The notes below the pieces were generated by a model that made no database searches, was not told where the DNA came from, and saw nothing but the letters and a program-made list of their open reading frames with translations. From Zancudomyces culisetae HAW-14-8 (lineage: Eukaryota; Fungi; Kickxellomycota): DNA of 64,000 nt. Positions 23,784-37,570 of the stretch are shown here, in pieces. A program made the translations under genes and the position numbers. The stretch's first letter is position 1. Each line of letters starts with the position of its first letter. Location: the NCBI GenBank assembly GCA_052426225.1, contig JBNJNM010000010.1:868001-932000 (forward strand), written 5' to 3'.

Positions 23784-25006
23784 TTACCAATCGTGATAAA
23801 ACTTTGCCGCATACTTCAAGAATTGTGATTTTGCAGTGCCAGGATCTCCAACCAGCAACAAGTGCATTCCACAATGAACCTTGAGTCCATCGGTACTCTG
23901 TTTACCCGTACCCCCAATCATGACCAAAAGCAACGCCAGCTTGACAATATACAATCCATATACCTGGGGGCATATCGCAGCCAAAATTCCATCCCTCCCT
24001 CTAATAGGTTTGTCCACATACTTGCTCCAATACATTTCAAAAAACAGTTTCATTTCTCGTGAAACAGAGTAGTTGTTTAAATGATCGTTATTGTTGTGTA
24101 CAAAGATGCTGCTTGCCAACATACATATACTTATATCATGCCGCTGCCCAGGTATTACTGCCTTCCACCTTCTTAGCACTATTCCTACTATGGTTACTTG
24201 ATCCCCTGACCTAGCTTTATCAACAAGATCATTTTGCAAAATTACAGCTATATTTCGAGGAATAGAGCCAAACACTTTTCTATCTGCCATCTCCTGTACC
24301 TTAATTTCTTGATAGTCAATACACGTATTGATGTTTCCATACTCTATTTATTTATTTTTCATAGAAACACACCTAGCTGTTAAATTTACAATTCTTGAGA
24401 TTGGAATGAATATCTTGCTACTAAATACATTAAACATTAGAACTTGCCAGAATCGTTGGTAACTTCAACCAAATTCCCATTACCACAGTACATACATTTC
24501 ATTGGTTTGGCTATATAATTGTACGACTCGATATCTGCCTCACTTTGCGTATACCGTTTACATTTGGTGCATTTGTAGAATCTAAAGGTTTCAAGAATTT
24601 TGTTTGCACACATCCTAATAACAATACCATTAAAACCCAATAATTTCCCAATATCAACACTCGTGGGTACTTCGAATTTATCCAACCCGTCAACTTTTGG
24701 TAAAATTTCTATTCTTACAAGCACATTTTCTTTTACCTTCCCCTCCCTCAGTCCATCGATTTCCTTACAAAGCTCCTCCTGCAATCCCAACAACACTGAC
24801 TCAATTTTTTTGATGTTCACCATTGGTTTTTTTAGTATTTTGTAGCCCATTATGGGTGAGAATTCAATCAGCAAGTGCATATCAATATATACACTATATG
24901 AAGTTTGTGAGAATTCATCCAAAATTATTTTGGTGAGATCATCGATATGCAATTCTCGTAGGTATGTTGTTATTTCTTCCTCGCTTAGATCGTTTCTGTC
25001 TCTCAT
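23784..25006 (-). CDS. MCM9: MCM9-like helicase, N-terminal part only (2 exons, about 372 aa; ends just after Walker A)
   Basis: CxxC...CxxC zinc finger; DYQEIKVQE...GSIPR...DLVD...SGD...GIVLRRWK; ICPQVYGLYIVKLA; HLLLVGDPGTAKSQFLKYAAK. All match my recollection of MCM9. Predicted exons 25006-24448 and 24343-23784. Confidence 0.85.
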
Positions 25007-25691
25007 GATGAACCTTGTATAATACGCCTTGGTATCACCACTTCACTCAGAATTTAATTCGAACTTCAAAGATAAAATTAGGGAAAATAGGTACAAAATC
25101 TGATTTTAATTTTAGTTTTCTATTTGCAGGAATTGTACATTTAATAATTTAATGGTTTATGTTATCGGAAATTTTTTACTGAAATTATCTATTTCAGAGT
25201 ACAAAATCAGTACAGATACAGAATTCTCAAGTATGTATTAGCTACAATTTAGTCTACCTTGTTATACAGACACACTTCCACATTTCAATGACTCTTTAAA
25301 TGAAAAAAATACGTTTTTTAACAAGCACACAGAATATATAATGCTACGGGGAGCCGAGTTGACTTGATTACCACCTTGTAGATCAGTGAAAACAGTGGAA
25401 GTTTTAACGCGCTATTTCAACTAAAAATACAGTTTGCCGTAATTACCTTTTTATTTACTGTTTGTACTTTTTTTTTGTAAATGTAATGTTTTGGTTTATA
25501 GCTTATAATTGATCTTGGATATTAAAGTAACATCAGAAAACTAAAAGATAATGAAATAATTTAGATGTATCATGATATATTTATTTAATAATAAAAGTAT
25601 GGTCCTATACTAAATGATTATCAAAATTTATCTAGGAAATCAGTGAGTGAGCTTCAATACTAAATTCATCTTCTACCATAAGTCTATGAGA

Positions 25692-28079
25692 TTAATCATC
25701 AATCATAGAGTTAATAGCCGAACCAAACCTAGCGCATTTTTTGCTTTTGTATAGGAATTCACACCCACTAGTTTTATCACCTCTCTGTGCTTGCTCGATG
25801 GGGTTGTACAACAATTCAGTAAAATCAAAGCTCAAAAAAGCTTCCCTATAGCTGGAAATAATGAGATTTTGCTCAAATGTTGGGGACTGGTTTTTATACA
25901 TAGATTTAGCGTTTGCACTCAAAATGAGATAAAATACGCGCTCAATCATTTTTTTGCATTGACTAAGCAACGTGATATTCTGAGGTCGTGTATCAAAGTT
26001 GGCAAATTTTACATAAAAGTCTTGTGGATCATCATCCAAGGTTGGATTACTGATACTGTGAGCATTTTGTTTTTCAGATGTCTGTTTTGAGGTACTCAGC
26101 TCTTCAAATGGCAGATGAAGTTTTTTTAGCTCTTCAATTATTATTTTCAAATCAACCGCCAATACAAATCGCTTTTTACTAGCTTGCTTAATAAATCGTG
26201 ATGAAAATGCATTATTTCTATCCAGACCTTTTTTTACAGTAATCCTACTCAACAGGAACGGGTCGTGTATCTTTGGATTTTCTGTATTATTACAGCATAC
26301 TTTTTTGAGAAAGCTGCTTCCAGTTGGAACAAACCATGGATTATAGTCATATGGTGAAAGCATTTTCATTGCAAAATCTGGTGGTATGTTTCTAAATTTG
26401 GCGTTGGCCTTGTCATAACCCTTTTTAAGATTGAACAAGCCAATTAGTATATACATGTAAGTTTGTGATAGTTGAGATGTTGATTTGAGCTTTTCAAAGT
26501 ATTCATATAATACATTTTTTCCATTTATGATTGCGTTGAGCCTACTTAGATCTTTTACATATTCCATGTTCATGAGATGTTTAAGAACGTAAAAAGTCAT
26601 GCTATTTAGCTCCACATCAAACTTTTCAAGTGAAAATTTTGACATTAGCCAATAAAATATCTCTGTAAAGCGGATAGTGTTCTCAATTAGCATTATTTTA
26701 GCCAGTTTTACCCTCTCTGGGGGGATATCCACACCCTTATAGTAAGCTACCTCTGATGTGATGATGTATAGATTGGCTACACAGGAGTTTAGAATTAATG
26801 TACAGTAGCGTAGTATAAAGTATTCAATATTCATCACATTCACTATATTTGGATTGCGTACTCCAAATACCAATATTTTTTTCAACTCGTTGTGAAATTT
26901 CACCACGAGACTCTCCTGAAACTGCATAGAGTTTTTGAACATTATCAAATAGCACTGATAGTCTTTATCCATGCCCTTTGCTATTGTAATCTTTCTCCGG
27001 TTTATAAAAGTTACATTTACATGTCTTATCCTGAACAGCATCACATATGAAGCAAATGTATCAAATTTGAACTCACCTTGGCTGCTTAGAACCATGTCAC
27101 CTCTTTTAGCCGAGAGGGTTGTTGGTAGCGTGAATTCTGAGTTTTTGTGCCACAAACGATCATTATTAGGCAAATTTACAAATACGTCCCTCAGTTGTAA
27201 AGCCGGTTGAACCGCTGTTGATTCAGATAATAATACGGAAAAAATATATGTGCACCACCAAAGACGTCTTTTAAGTTCTTTTTCCACTATCAAATCCTCG
27301 CTCTGATTAGCTGGTGCTCTAGTACAATATTCATCAACCCTATGTAATTTCATTAAAATTGCAAAGCTGGTTGCTAGGTGTACATATTTTGTGTACTGTG
27401 ACAGGATTCCAAGTGCAGCATAGTATTTGGCTAAAACTAGCATTGTCCATATACTCAAGTAGTCCGGTTTACTGATTACCGTTTCCATATATTCAGTAAC
27501 ATATTTTAACACTCTTTTACGCCTCTCCTCAGTAAATTCTTCAAAAAGCTTATCATTTTTTAATAAGGTTGACCCCATCAGCAAAAGCATGTAAACCACA
27601 TATTTTGGGACTTGAAAATTCCTTATGTTTTGTATAAACTGAGGAATTCTTACAACATTCACAAGCAATGGATAGCGGTATATAAGCCTATCGATTAGCT
27701 CGTCTATCACATCTCGCAAAAGTTTTGATAACACTATATATTCTGAGTCTCTATCAATGCTATTTTGAATGTTCATATCAATAGTACAAACTTTTGTCAT
27801 CAAGTTGGTTGTTTCACTTTTAAAGCCCTCGTTAATGTTTTCCTTGAGAACGATATTCCTTTTTTTGACTTGCTTGCGCAATATATTGATTCTTTCTTTT
27901 ATGCTCACAAAATTTTCACACACGATTTGTTTTGTTTGCATCTTCTTTGCCTCCCCATTTACAGTATACTTGATCTTTATTGTGTGTTTTCTGTGGGCAT
28001 CATCTGTGTGTAGTTTTGATCTCTTCCGTTTGCCTCCACTACTGGAAGAATTTTCACTTTTAGAGCTTGTATTACTCAT
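25692..28079 (-). CDS. Fungal-specific transcription factor (Fungal_trans/middle homology region), 795 aa
   Basis: Long intact ORF with LMKLHRVDE...EKELKRRLWWCTYIFS motif and an N-terminal basic NLS-like stretch (KRKRSK). Confidence 0.8.
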   Translation of the reverse strand: MSNTSSKSENSSSSGGKRKRSKLHTDDAHRKHTIKIKYTVNGEAKKMQTKQIVCENFVSIKERINILRKQVKKRNIVLKENINEGFKSETTNLMTKVCTIDMNIQNSIDRDSEYIVLSKLLRDVIDELIDRLIYRYPLLVNVVRIPQFIQNIRNFQVPKYVVYMLLLMGSTLLKNDKLFEEFTEERRKRVLKYVTEYMETVISKPDYLSIWTMLVLAKYYAALGILSQYTKYVHLATSFAILMKLHRVDEYCTRAPANQSEDLIVEKELKRRLWWCTYIFSVLLSESTAVQPALQLRDVFVNLPNNDRLWHKNSEFTLPTTLSAKRGDMVLSSQGEFKFDTFASYVMLFRIRHVNVTFINRRKITIAKGMDKDYQCYLIMFKNSMQFQESLVVKFHNELKKILVFGVRNPNIVNVMNIEYFILRYCTLILNSCVANLYIITSEVAYYKGVDIPPERVKLAKIMLIENTIRFTEIFYWLMSKFSLEKFDVELNSMTFYVLKHLMNMEYVKDLSRLNAIINGKNVLYEYFEKLKSTSQLSQTYMYILIGLFNLKKGYDKANAKFRNIPPDFAMKMLSPYDYNPWFVPTGSSFLKKVCCNNTENPKIHDPFLLSRITVKKGLDRNNAFSSRFIKQASKKRFVLAVDLKIIIEELKKLHLPFEELSTSKQTSEKQNAHSISNPTLDDDPQDFYVKFANFDTRPQNITLLSQCKKMIERVFYLILSANAKSMYKNQSPTFEQNLIISSYREAFLSFDFTELLYNPIEQAQRGDKTSGCEFLYKSKKCARFGSAINSMIDD

Positions 28080-31032
28080 TATATAACTAACTGAAGGTAA
28101 TAATTGTAATAAATTAGTTTATGCAAAGTCATTACAATCAACCATAAGTCCAATTCTAGGCTTATATAGTATTATTTTTATTTCAACCTCTTTACTTTTG
28201 AGTATTTCGCTTATTGGTTTTTGGGAGGTTAAGTTTGCATAGGTTCTCGTCTGTTATTTTACAGTAATCCATTGAATCAATTGAAAACTGTTAATATTTT
28301 ACATAAGAAAAGGACATTATAATAAGTTTCTGTAAATAAAACTAAATGACGGGGACATGAAAGCTAGTTTAGCTTCTTTCTTTACAAAAAAGACATCAAA
28401 AACATGTGAAGTGTACTACATCTCATTAATAATCTGAGGTTTATGTAATTCGAAATTTACAGGATGTGAGAGTAACATAGCAGACTCTTTGCTGATATTG
28501 TAAAAGTATGCGGAAGTTTACCGAAAATATATACTTAGCTCTTAGCAGAACTCAAGTTCTTGAAACCGATAAATTAATAGCCCAATGAACAATTTTGTTG
28601 ATGGTTTGATTTGAAAATAGTTACACCAGGTACTATTCCATTAATTATTAAAGTGCTCCAAGAAATATTAAATAGGCAATTGATGGTTTATTTGTTCAGA
28701 TGTAGTGTAGCACTTAATATATTAATTTTACTTATTATATAATATCAAAACAAAAATTTATTCACATATTCAAACTGAGAACATTGATTTAGTTATTAAA
28801 AAATTAAATTATGATGATGATTTGGTCGTTTTGGATGGATTCCATAAATTGAATATATTTTTTTGAGTATTACATAGTCAATGTTAATCATTTGACAGTA
28901 CACCAATAATAATCTGATTGGGTCTAATAACAAAAATGTAGCTATTTAGACAAAAGCAGCTAAAAAATTACAAAATTCCAACCAGTTACCATCACCGGAA
29001 AGTTCATCTCTGAACACCTGCAATTTCACCACTAAACCAAAGCACAATAAATATGAAACCACGATTCAGAGCTCAGAGCCACCATGAAAACTAAGAAATC
29101 AGCCTTAGGATTAGCAGTATTCAAAGCGAAAAAATAAATACAGTTTGGGAATTGAATTTATATAGCTTTTTAACAAAAAAAAACAGATGAATAATTCACG
29201 CCCAAAGAATTTGTCTAGCATGTAAAGATTCAATGTGTAAAGTATCTACCTACACCCTACTCAAATTCTTCTTGAAGATTAATTGCTTGAACACACGATA
29301 AAACTTTAGTCCAGATTATGATTTTTTTACAGTGAGAATAGGTTTTAATATCGGATAAAAAAGGCTGATGATATTTTCATTAATTTATCTAACAAATGAA
29401 CCATTGTTATTCTGGCGTCATTGATTCTTTTCGGAATAGAATTATTTGTTGTAAGCCAACCGTGAGATTCATTGAAGCAGCAGGCTCACCATTTGCTTAC
29501 TGAAATTGTCCACAGACCCAGAAAACCCATACTGTTTTTCAACAGCAGTTTCAGTAGGCATCGTATTTTATGATTCTATAAAGTTCATGTTAGAGACTTA
29601 ATCACATAGGATTTGAGGTAGTTACAACAGTTGGCAAACCTTTATATGCTCAGTTTTAATTGACTTAATCTACAATAAATTCTTTTTTTTTGGTATACGA
29701 AAATGTGATGTTCTAGTAACAACCCAAATTCAATGGAATGTTGCATTGTACATTAAACTTTCTATTGTATTATTTATTATAGCTTTGCACCAATATTAGC
29801 GATGAGGATAGTCACTAATTTAATATGCTAGCATGTTATAGAATTCCAGTTACTGTAAATTATTGATTACAAAGTTCGCAATGTATATTTGAAGTCAATA
29901 AATGTTACTTTTATCGAATTTTTTATTTATATGCAGGTATTAAAATGTTCGAAATACAAAATTCAAACAAACTTAAGTGTGATTTGTAAGTAGAAGAATA
30001 CTTAGCGTTTGGTTCAAAGTATAAACTGGTATATTGTTGTTGGCATTAATCAGCATAGAAATATAAGTAGTACTCGAGATTAAACTACATATCACTGGCT
30101 CTTAGGGGTATCGCAGTTTGATTTTTACCCCATTTTTGTTTTTGATGTATTTAGTATCATGGTGAATGTAAGAATATCAAATTCAAGAATAGCTGAGTCT
30201 TGGGTTTATTATATAGTTACGACATCAACTTTTTTATATTGGCTACAGACATTGATTTATATTCAAAATACTAGACGTTCAATTGAAGAATATAACCCTG
30301 TTGATTTTCCAATTATTACCATACTAAAATATCACTATTTTTCTTTTGTCCAGAAAAGTTAAATGGTTGATGGGATAGATTGACAAAGATAATAAACCTT
30401 TTGGCACTAATAAAGATGTAGAATGGGTTTCAACATATCAATGGCAAAAATCTGTGATCATACATGATAAGTCAGTTTGGAGATACAAAAACAATATTAT
30501 AGTGTTATAAATTACACATTTAAACTGAAACATTAATATTATCATAGTTAGGTTAAAGAGTTTACTGTTTTTGATATTAAAGTATTATTATAATATTAAA
30601 CCTTATTATTCAATACTGTACCTATTTGTGAGTTTGAATTGACAAACAGTTTTTAATTTATTACTCATATAGTATTTCTAGTGGAAGTTTTCTCCCATAT
30701 AATAAAATTTAATCTAATAAATATACGATACTACTAATTTTTCACTGTTCAACCTATTTAAAAAAAATGTCATTTGTTGTTAAAAAACCTAATGGACATT
30801 ACAATATAAAATAGTATTTATTCTATTAATGAAAAATTTTCAAGTGTTTATTCCCATAAAGAAGCTCCATTTGCAATATCAATTACAGATTTGGTTAAAG
30901 ATTCAATAGAGTTCAAGTAGGATAAAACTAGAAGCAATCAGGTCTGTTTTCATCTAGCACCCTTATACACAAAAAATATACCTACACACAATGATATTTG
31001 TCTATTGTAATTATTTTCTTTACTAGTAAATT

Positions 31033-31998
31033 CTATTCATCAGAATTTTCCTCAGGTATGTGTTCATCTACACATCTATCAGTTTTTCTTAAAAACTTGG
31101 ATAGTAGTACCTTCAGCTTGTGAATTTCTCTATCATCTTGTAACGTTCTTCTAATCATAGGATCCTTAATAAACAAATTTGTAACTCCCAAATCGCTGAA
31201 AACAACAAGCAACATCTGAATTCTATAGATAACAAATGGTATTCTCTGACCTAAAGCCTCAATAATAATAGTGATAGTGGCTAAAAATAGAATAACCACA
31301 GGGAATATTGGAAACCACAACAACCTTCTAAACAACTTTCTAACTACAGTGTTGTTGAACCTGTAATTTAACGATGCCATTCGATGTCGAATGTTTGTAT
31401 CGTCTTCGAATCTTTCTGGAATGGTGCCATGGTATTTTGAAATAGTTTGAAAAAGTAATGCCAAGAATAAAATTGCCAATAATGCTCCTATCATTATTAA
31501 TAAGTAGTATGATATTACAATAGGATGAAAACCTATTTTAGTCAAAAAGGCGTATCCACATTGATATAATATTTTCTCTTTACTTCCACCCACCAAGAAC
31601 TGTAAGATCGATAATCCGGCTATCACAACAGCAAAAACATAGTACCATTTTTCATATTTCTCTACATTCTTTCGGTGATACTTAAAGATTAGTAACAGAT
31701 GAAAAGTTATCGATATCCCCACATAAAACTGAATAGTCATTATAAACCCAAATAATATTTTTAAATCTTGACAGAATTTTGAATATCCCGAAGAGTTCAA
31801 AATCACTAAAAATGTAATGTTTCTTAGTATACTACCCGTTTGTACGATTACTATTTGCCTAATTATTATCCTGCTAACTACTTTTTGGTTTACTAATAGC
31901 AATAATAGGTACCATATTATTGTAAATGAGGATAGAACTATAGCTATCGAAATAAAAACGTTGGTAGTTATTTGCATCCATGCATTCGGACCATCCAT
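31033..31998 (-). CDS. Seven-transmembrane GPCR-like protein (cAMP-receptor/Git3-like fungal class), 321 aa
   Basis: Seven hydrophobic segments; FCQ at the start of TM3, YEKWYY before TM4, RRLLWFP at TM6. Confidence 0.78.
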   Translation of the reverse strand: MDGPNAWMQITTNVFISIAIVLSSFTIIWYLLLLLVNQKVVSRIIIRQIVIVQTGSILRNITFLVILNSSGYSKFCQDLKILFGFIMTIQFYVGISITFHLLLIFKYHRKNVEKYEKWYYVFAVVIAGLSILQFLVGGSKEKILYQCGYAFLTKIGFHPIVISYYLLIMIGALLAILFLALLFQTISKYHGTIPERFEDDTNIRHRMASLNYRFNNTVVRKLFRRLLWFPIFPVVILFLATITIIIEALGQRIPFVIYRIQMLLVVFSDLGVTNLFIKDPMIRRTLQDDREIHKLKVLLSKFLRKTDRCVDEHIPEENSDE

Positions 31999-34677
31999 TA
32001 GTTTGTTCTTTACTTGGTTTTAGATGTTTGACTCGCCAATGCGTGATACCATTCAACATTTTTTCTTTATTTTTATTTGCCTTTAGTCGTGTATTAAATC
32101 GTACCCTTGTAACTTTATCTAGTTTATACCCTTTAATATTTATTCTATATCTTATCTAAGTGTGATTTTATATTACTTATTCTATTCCATTGTATGTTGT
32201 TATTTTAAGTAACAAAGATTGTTTGATACTTGGTTTGAAGGGATAGTTTTAAATAATATAACAGTGAATAAAAAATATGAATACTATACCATTAGCTGAA
32301 TAATCGCCAAAATGTGATATTATAAACAAAACCTACTAACATGGACTAATATGAATAAAGTTTTAATGTATTAGATTTCACTATTCTACTGTACTTTCTT
32401 CCAATTAAGTAAAGTCCCCACTACCTTGGTAGGTATTTTTAATATAAACAACGATTTCAATACCCCACATTTACTTTGCTGAAGCTGCTTATTGAACAAA
32501 AAATTTATTTTATTGAATCATACCGCACCATTGGCTCACAACTAGTGTATACAATACCCAGTCTGAAAAAGTTACATTTTACCATTGGGTATGATATAAA
32601 ACCAATACATTGGTAATCTTAACAACCTGCTAATAGTATCCAATTTAATTAAATCTCCTCAAAAATGCAATTAATATATACACTTGATGTTAGTTTTTAC
32701 TTTTCCATTATCTAACTACAACTACTTTTTCATTTTATCACATTTACCATCCTTAATCACTCACCATATTCTCAATTAATAAGCAATGTAAAATTAATTG
32801 ACTCTTCATTGTTAGATTGATACCAAACATTAACTTTAACCCTCATTATATTCTTGCCAAGATACAGGTTCTTGATAACATGAGCCCGTTTTGAACATTT
32901 GTTTTATTTTATCAAATTTTTTTAACCTAATGTATAACATAGCTCAAGCTATAAACTATTAGAATTAGGGATCATAAACGAGCTTATGAAATTATACAAG
33001 TAATATTTACTGTACCCCTATAGATCTTATTTTTGGTTATTTATCGTGTTATTATTGTATGAAAACTTGTAGCGACGTTTATTCTCAGTTGTGATGTTTG
33101 CTAACTCACAATTTGTTTTTGTCTCGCCAGCATCATTTTCGCTATATTATTTTTTATCGCCTGCTCTAACTACTAATTTACCGACACTTTCAATATTTAC
33201 ACAACCTATTAACTCACTAATACTTTTATCCTCACAAGTATTATTTCCTAATTCATCTTTGTTTTCTATTACTTTCTATTTATCTATTACCTTCAATATA
33301 GGTTTTTTTAGATTATCAACTCACTATGATCTTGATAAGTTCTATCAATAACCAGATCGCCGAAAAAATAAATAAGCAATGCTCAACTCTTCTAAAGCTA
33401 CAAAAACTGACTCAACCATATAATCTAGAGATGAGATGGTATGACTACTTTCCTCTACTAGTAGATTAAACAGAATAACAAAAACAAAAACAAAAATCCG
33501 AATGATTGGAAACCAAAATAGCCTCATGAATGTTTGTCATAGTAAAGAATTGTTTTATTTTGTGTTGATTTATGCAATACATCTACAAAAGCCAACGTGG
33601 TTGTTGAGTGATTATGAGATGATTTGCAAGCTTCTGCTAGTCCATGAAAAAGCATTATCATAAGTGTTATTGTATGTATAACAGTTCCTATACCACAATT
33701 CATAAGTAATGGTATGATTACTTAAAAAAATTGTTATAACCTAAAAACAAAAACTCATAACTTTTTAATTCAGCCTTGTCTTCTTCATACGCTAAAAAAA
33801 GCTTATGAGCGATAATTCGGATATCACGGCTGGAATATTGTAGTACCTTATCCCGTACCCCTCTACATTTTTTCTGTGATACCTGAATATAAGAACCAAA
33901 TGAAATATAAGACCTATCCCTACAGCTATTTAAAACATATCATAGTACAAAAAAATCAAGGTTATGAATCCGCAGAAATATGAATACTCGGTTTAAATAA
34001 AGAGATGAAGGCGCGCAGTAAGCCAAATAATACCACTAGCGTCAACAATTACTATAATTTAATAATCACTCTACTGACTGCTTTTATGTCTACTAGCATA
34101 AGAAAGAAATGTATTGAAACAGTGAATAATCCTACAGCTATTATAATTAAGGTGAAGACATATTTTATTACTGATGGTTCATAGTTAGTATTATTTCTGC
34201 TTTTATATATTCTATATATTTTTTATTGTGACAGATATATGTAAATCTCAAAATTTAGAAAACCCAATACTGATAGTCATTTAATAGTAGTAATTATTAC
34301 TGCTTCAAGTTGTTCATTATACTTAAGTTGACTGATTTACCAATATTATTTTTTAATATGAACTAGAAAGATATTGGAAAACAATTTGAAAAACAAAAAG
34401 TAAATACCATAATTAAAAAAATTGAAATGTGACGGCATTCACCTAAATAAAATTAGGAATATTGATAGCTACCCTTGTATTGAATCATGCTTTACATTAT
34501 TTTATATATTTATATAATTGAAAATGTGTAAAGTGTCCCTTTGAATTGTTAGGAATTCTAGTTTTCATTGACTTTCACCTTCACTAAAAATTAGAATGAT
34601 ATCCATAATAATAAGTAATTTCAAGTTTTGAATTAACAACATTCCACAAACAAAAAGTAAAATTCTCTTTGTCATAA

Positions 34678-35160
34678 TGTTAGATACCAATATTATAAAC
34701 AATAATGATGGTATTAACTAATTAACACACAGTTAATTAATAAAAGTTATTATTAATTATACTAGTTTAAAACACACAGTAATAATATAATATTAGTTAA
34801 TAATATCTTTATAATTGTTAAACGAGATTGACAAACTTAATTGTTCATATATAGGAATTGTATCACCTTTCATACAATTAAGTTTGTACTAAAACTTTAA
34901 TATAAACTAAAACTATTAATATAACTAATAATAATAAACAATTAAACTTATATCATTAATATTTACAATTAAATGATATTTCATATCATATTGATCATGT
35001 GTATCAATATTAATGTTTTAAATTAATTATTAAATAATAATTAAATATATAACTATTAATTAATTAATAATAATGATACAATTTAATATCATTAGTAATA
35101 ATTAATACCATATTGTATTTTAATATACAATATTATTATGATACATGTGTTTTCATAACA
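34678..35160. mobile_element. Solo LTR, family F, nested in the 3' LTR of Gypsy 2
   Basis: TGTTAGATACC...TTCATAACA; homologous to 50356-51214, 43140-43621 (inverted) and 56400-56536. Confidence 0.78.
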
Positions 35161-37570
35161 ATATCTTTCTTTTACTTCCTAGAATATAATGATGGAAGGG
35201 CACAAAATTTCTAATATTGAATTTATATATTAATCTTTATTTATTGCACACTTTTTCATTAGAGTCGGTAAATAATCTATTTATATAATAAATATAATTC
35301 TCGATAATTTTAGTTTCTACAACATAGAAAATATATATATCCAAAAATATATATATAAAAAACTATTTGTAGATCGGTAAAATATTTAGTTGGTTAAGAA
35401 ATCAAAACATATAGAATAAAAATAAATATTTACTATTTAATCACCTAGGATCTTCAATCGCATGCTCGCTATACGACAGTACCCCCGACTTTAAGCTCGA
35501 TTGTTTTCATCGTGCAAACTCTGCTTAAACCGTTTTAATTTGGATTTTAATTTTGAATTATCGTCTGGAATCATGTTTTCATAATGAAAATATAATTTCA
35601 AAGAATCCCCATAAATTAAAATTCGGTTTCCGTATTGGTCTCGAATTACATAAGCTCCTTTGTCTAGAACAGTTTCAATTTCATATGGGCCTTCCCACAA
35701 TTTTTCTAATTTTGGCTTATCATATTCAACTAATTTCAATACCTTATCTTCAACTTTGAAGGAAAATTTTTTTTACATTTTTTGTTGTATCGAATTTCAT
35801 CTGATTTTTTCGCTTCCAAATTTTTTATAAGGCTTAATATTCGTATTTAGTGTATTGCATTTTTAATACAATTAATCCTTACATTAACCAACTCCTCAAA
35901 ATTTTCAATATCTCCATTATACTTCCAGTCGAAAGTAAGTTTAACTTACAACCATATAACATTTAGAAGATGAGTATTAGATAGACTTATTTCTCGTTGT
36001 TCTAATATAATTAGTGTTTTCTATAAGTAGCAATCCCAATTTTCCTTATCTTCATAACATTGTTTTCTTAAAATGTTCTTTAGGGACTGATTTAATCGCT
36101 CGACCTGCCATTGTTCTGAGGTCGATATGGCGTTATTGGTGCATGATTGATACCAGCCACTCGTATAACTTGTCGTAGCGGAGCTGACAAAGCTGGGACC
36201 GCGGTCAGTAATTATTTTTTGTGGAATCCCATATTCTTTAATAATATTATATATTATGAAATTTATAACTGTTTCACTTAACAGGTTAGGTACAGCAGTA
36301 GCAATGGGCCATTTGGTAGTATAATCAATTGCGGTAAGTATGTATCTATTTGCATTCTTTGTAGGCGGGTTTATGGGTCCTATGGCATCCATGCCAACTA
36401 TTTCAAAAGGTTTTTTCGAAGTAATTGGAACGAGTGGATTCTTAAAGTTCTCCCATCCTTAATGGTTTGACATAAGTGGCAAGCGTTAACTAATTTATAT
36501 ACGTCTTTGTATAGGTTCGAGGCCCAGTAGCAATCAGATATACGTCTCCAGGTATTTTCGATCCCTTCGTGAGCATCTTCATGTATTTTTTTTTTAACTT
36601 CTAACACATTTTTATCGTGCAGTACTTCTTTATATTTTCTTTAATATTTATATATAACTTTTCGTTAAATAAATTATATTTCCCAGATTCTGTTTTAACA
36701 CTTTGATAAAAATCGTTGTCCAGGTTGTTTGGTAATAAAATAATATGAAAGTAACTAGTAATTGCACAATATTTAGGATATTCTATAGCATTTACTTCTA
36801 AAATTTCACTTGAATCTGAGTCTGTTGACAAGCCAGGTAATCTTGACAAGCTGTCAGCTGGGTTCCTCGTTCCAGGTAAATGTTCTATATCGTATTCATA
36901 ATTTCGCAACAATATGTCCCAGCGGGCAACCCGGCCAGTTAATTCTGAACCATTAAAGAGTTGTAAGAGTGACTTGTGGTCGGTCCTTACTATAAATTTC
37001 TTTCCATATAAGTAGTACTTAAACTTATTTATAGCCCATTCTAATGCTAACCCTTCTAAATGAGTTATAGAGTAGTTTTTCTCCGCTTTATTCGTGGTTC
37101 GGCTGGCATATTCTATAACCTTTTCGCCTTCACTAAAGTTTTGGGAAAGGATTGCTCCTATTCCTACTACTGAAGCATCTGTTGTAACGATGAACGTTTT
37201 GTCCCAATCAGGATGGGCCAGTATTGGTGTAGATATTAGACGTCTTTTGAGGGTATTCATAGCCTCCTCTTGTTTCGGTCCCCAATCCCAAGATTTACTC
37301 TTTTTTAGTAGCATGGTGAGTGGGCTAGCAACAATTGAGTATTCTTTTACATATTTCCTGTAATAACCTATCATACCTAAAAAGGATTGTAGTTCTTTTA
37401 TATTAGACCGTTGCTTCATACTCTGGATTACTTGGACTTTGCTTTTATTAGTTCCAATACCTTCTTTTGACACAGAATGACCGAGGTAATCAAGTTTCTC
37501 AAATCCGATATTACATTTATCTTTGTGTAATTGAATTTTGTTTTTCCTTATTAGCTCGAAAACTTATTCT

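Noticed and set aside
28900-30400. Small ORFs and coding-like patches between the TF and the GPCR (likewise 32500-34200)
   Set aside because: No sustained frame or domain.
34681-34692. TGGTATC as a tRNA-iMet PBS
   Set aside because: It lies inside the family F LTR terminus and only 7 nt match.
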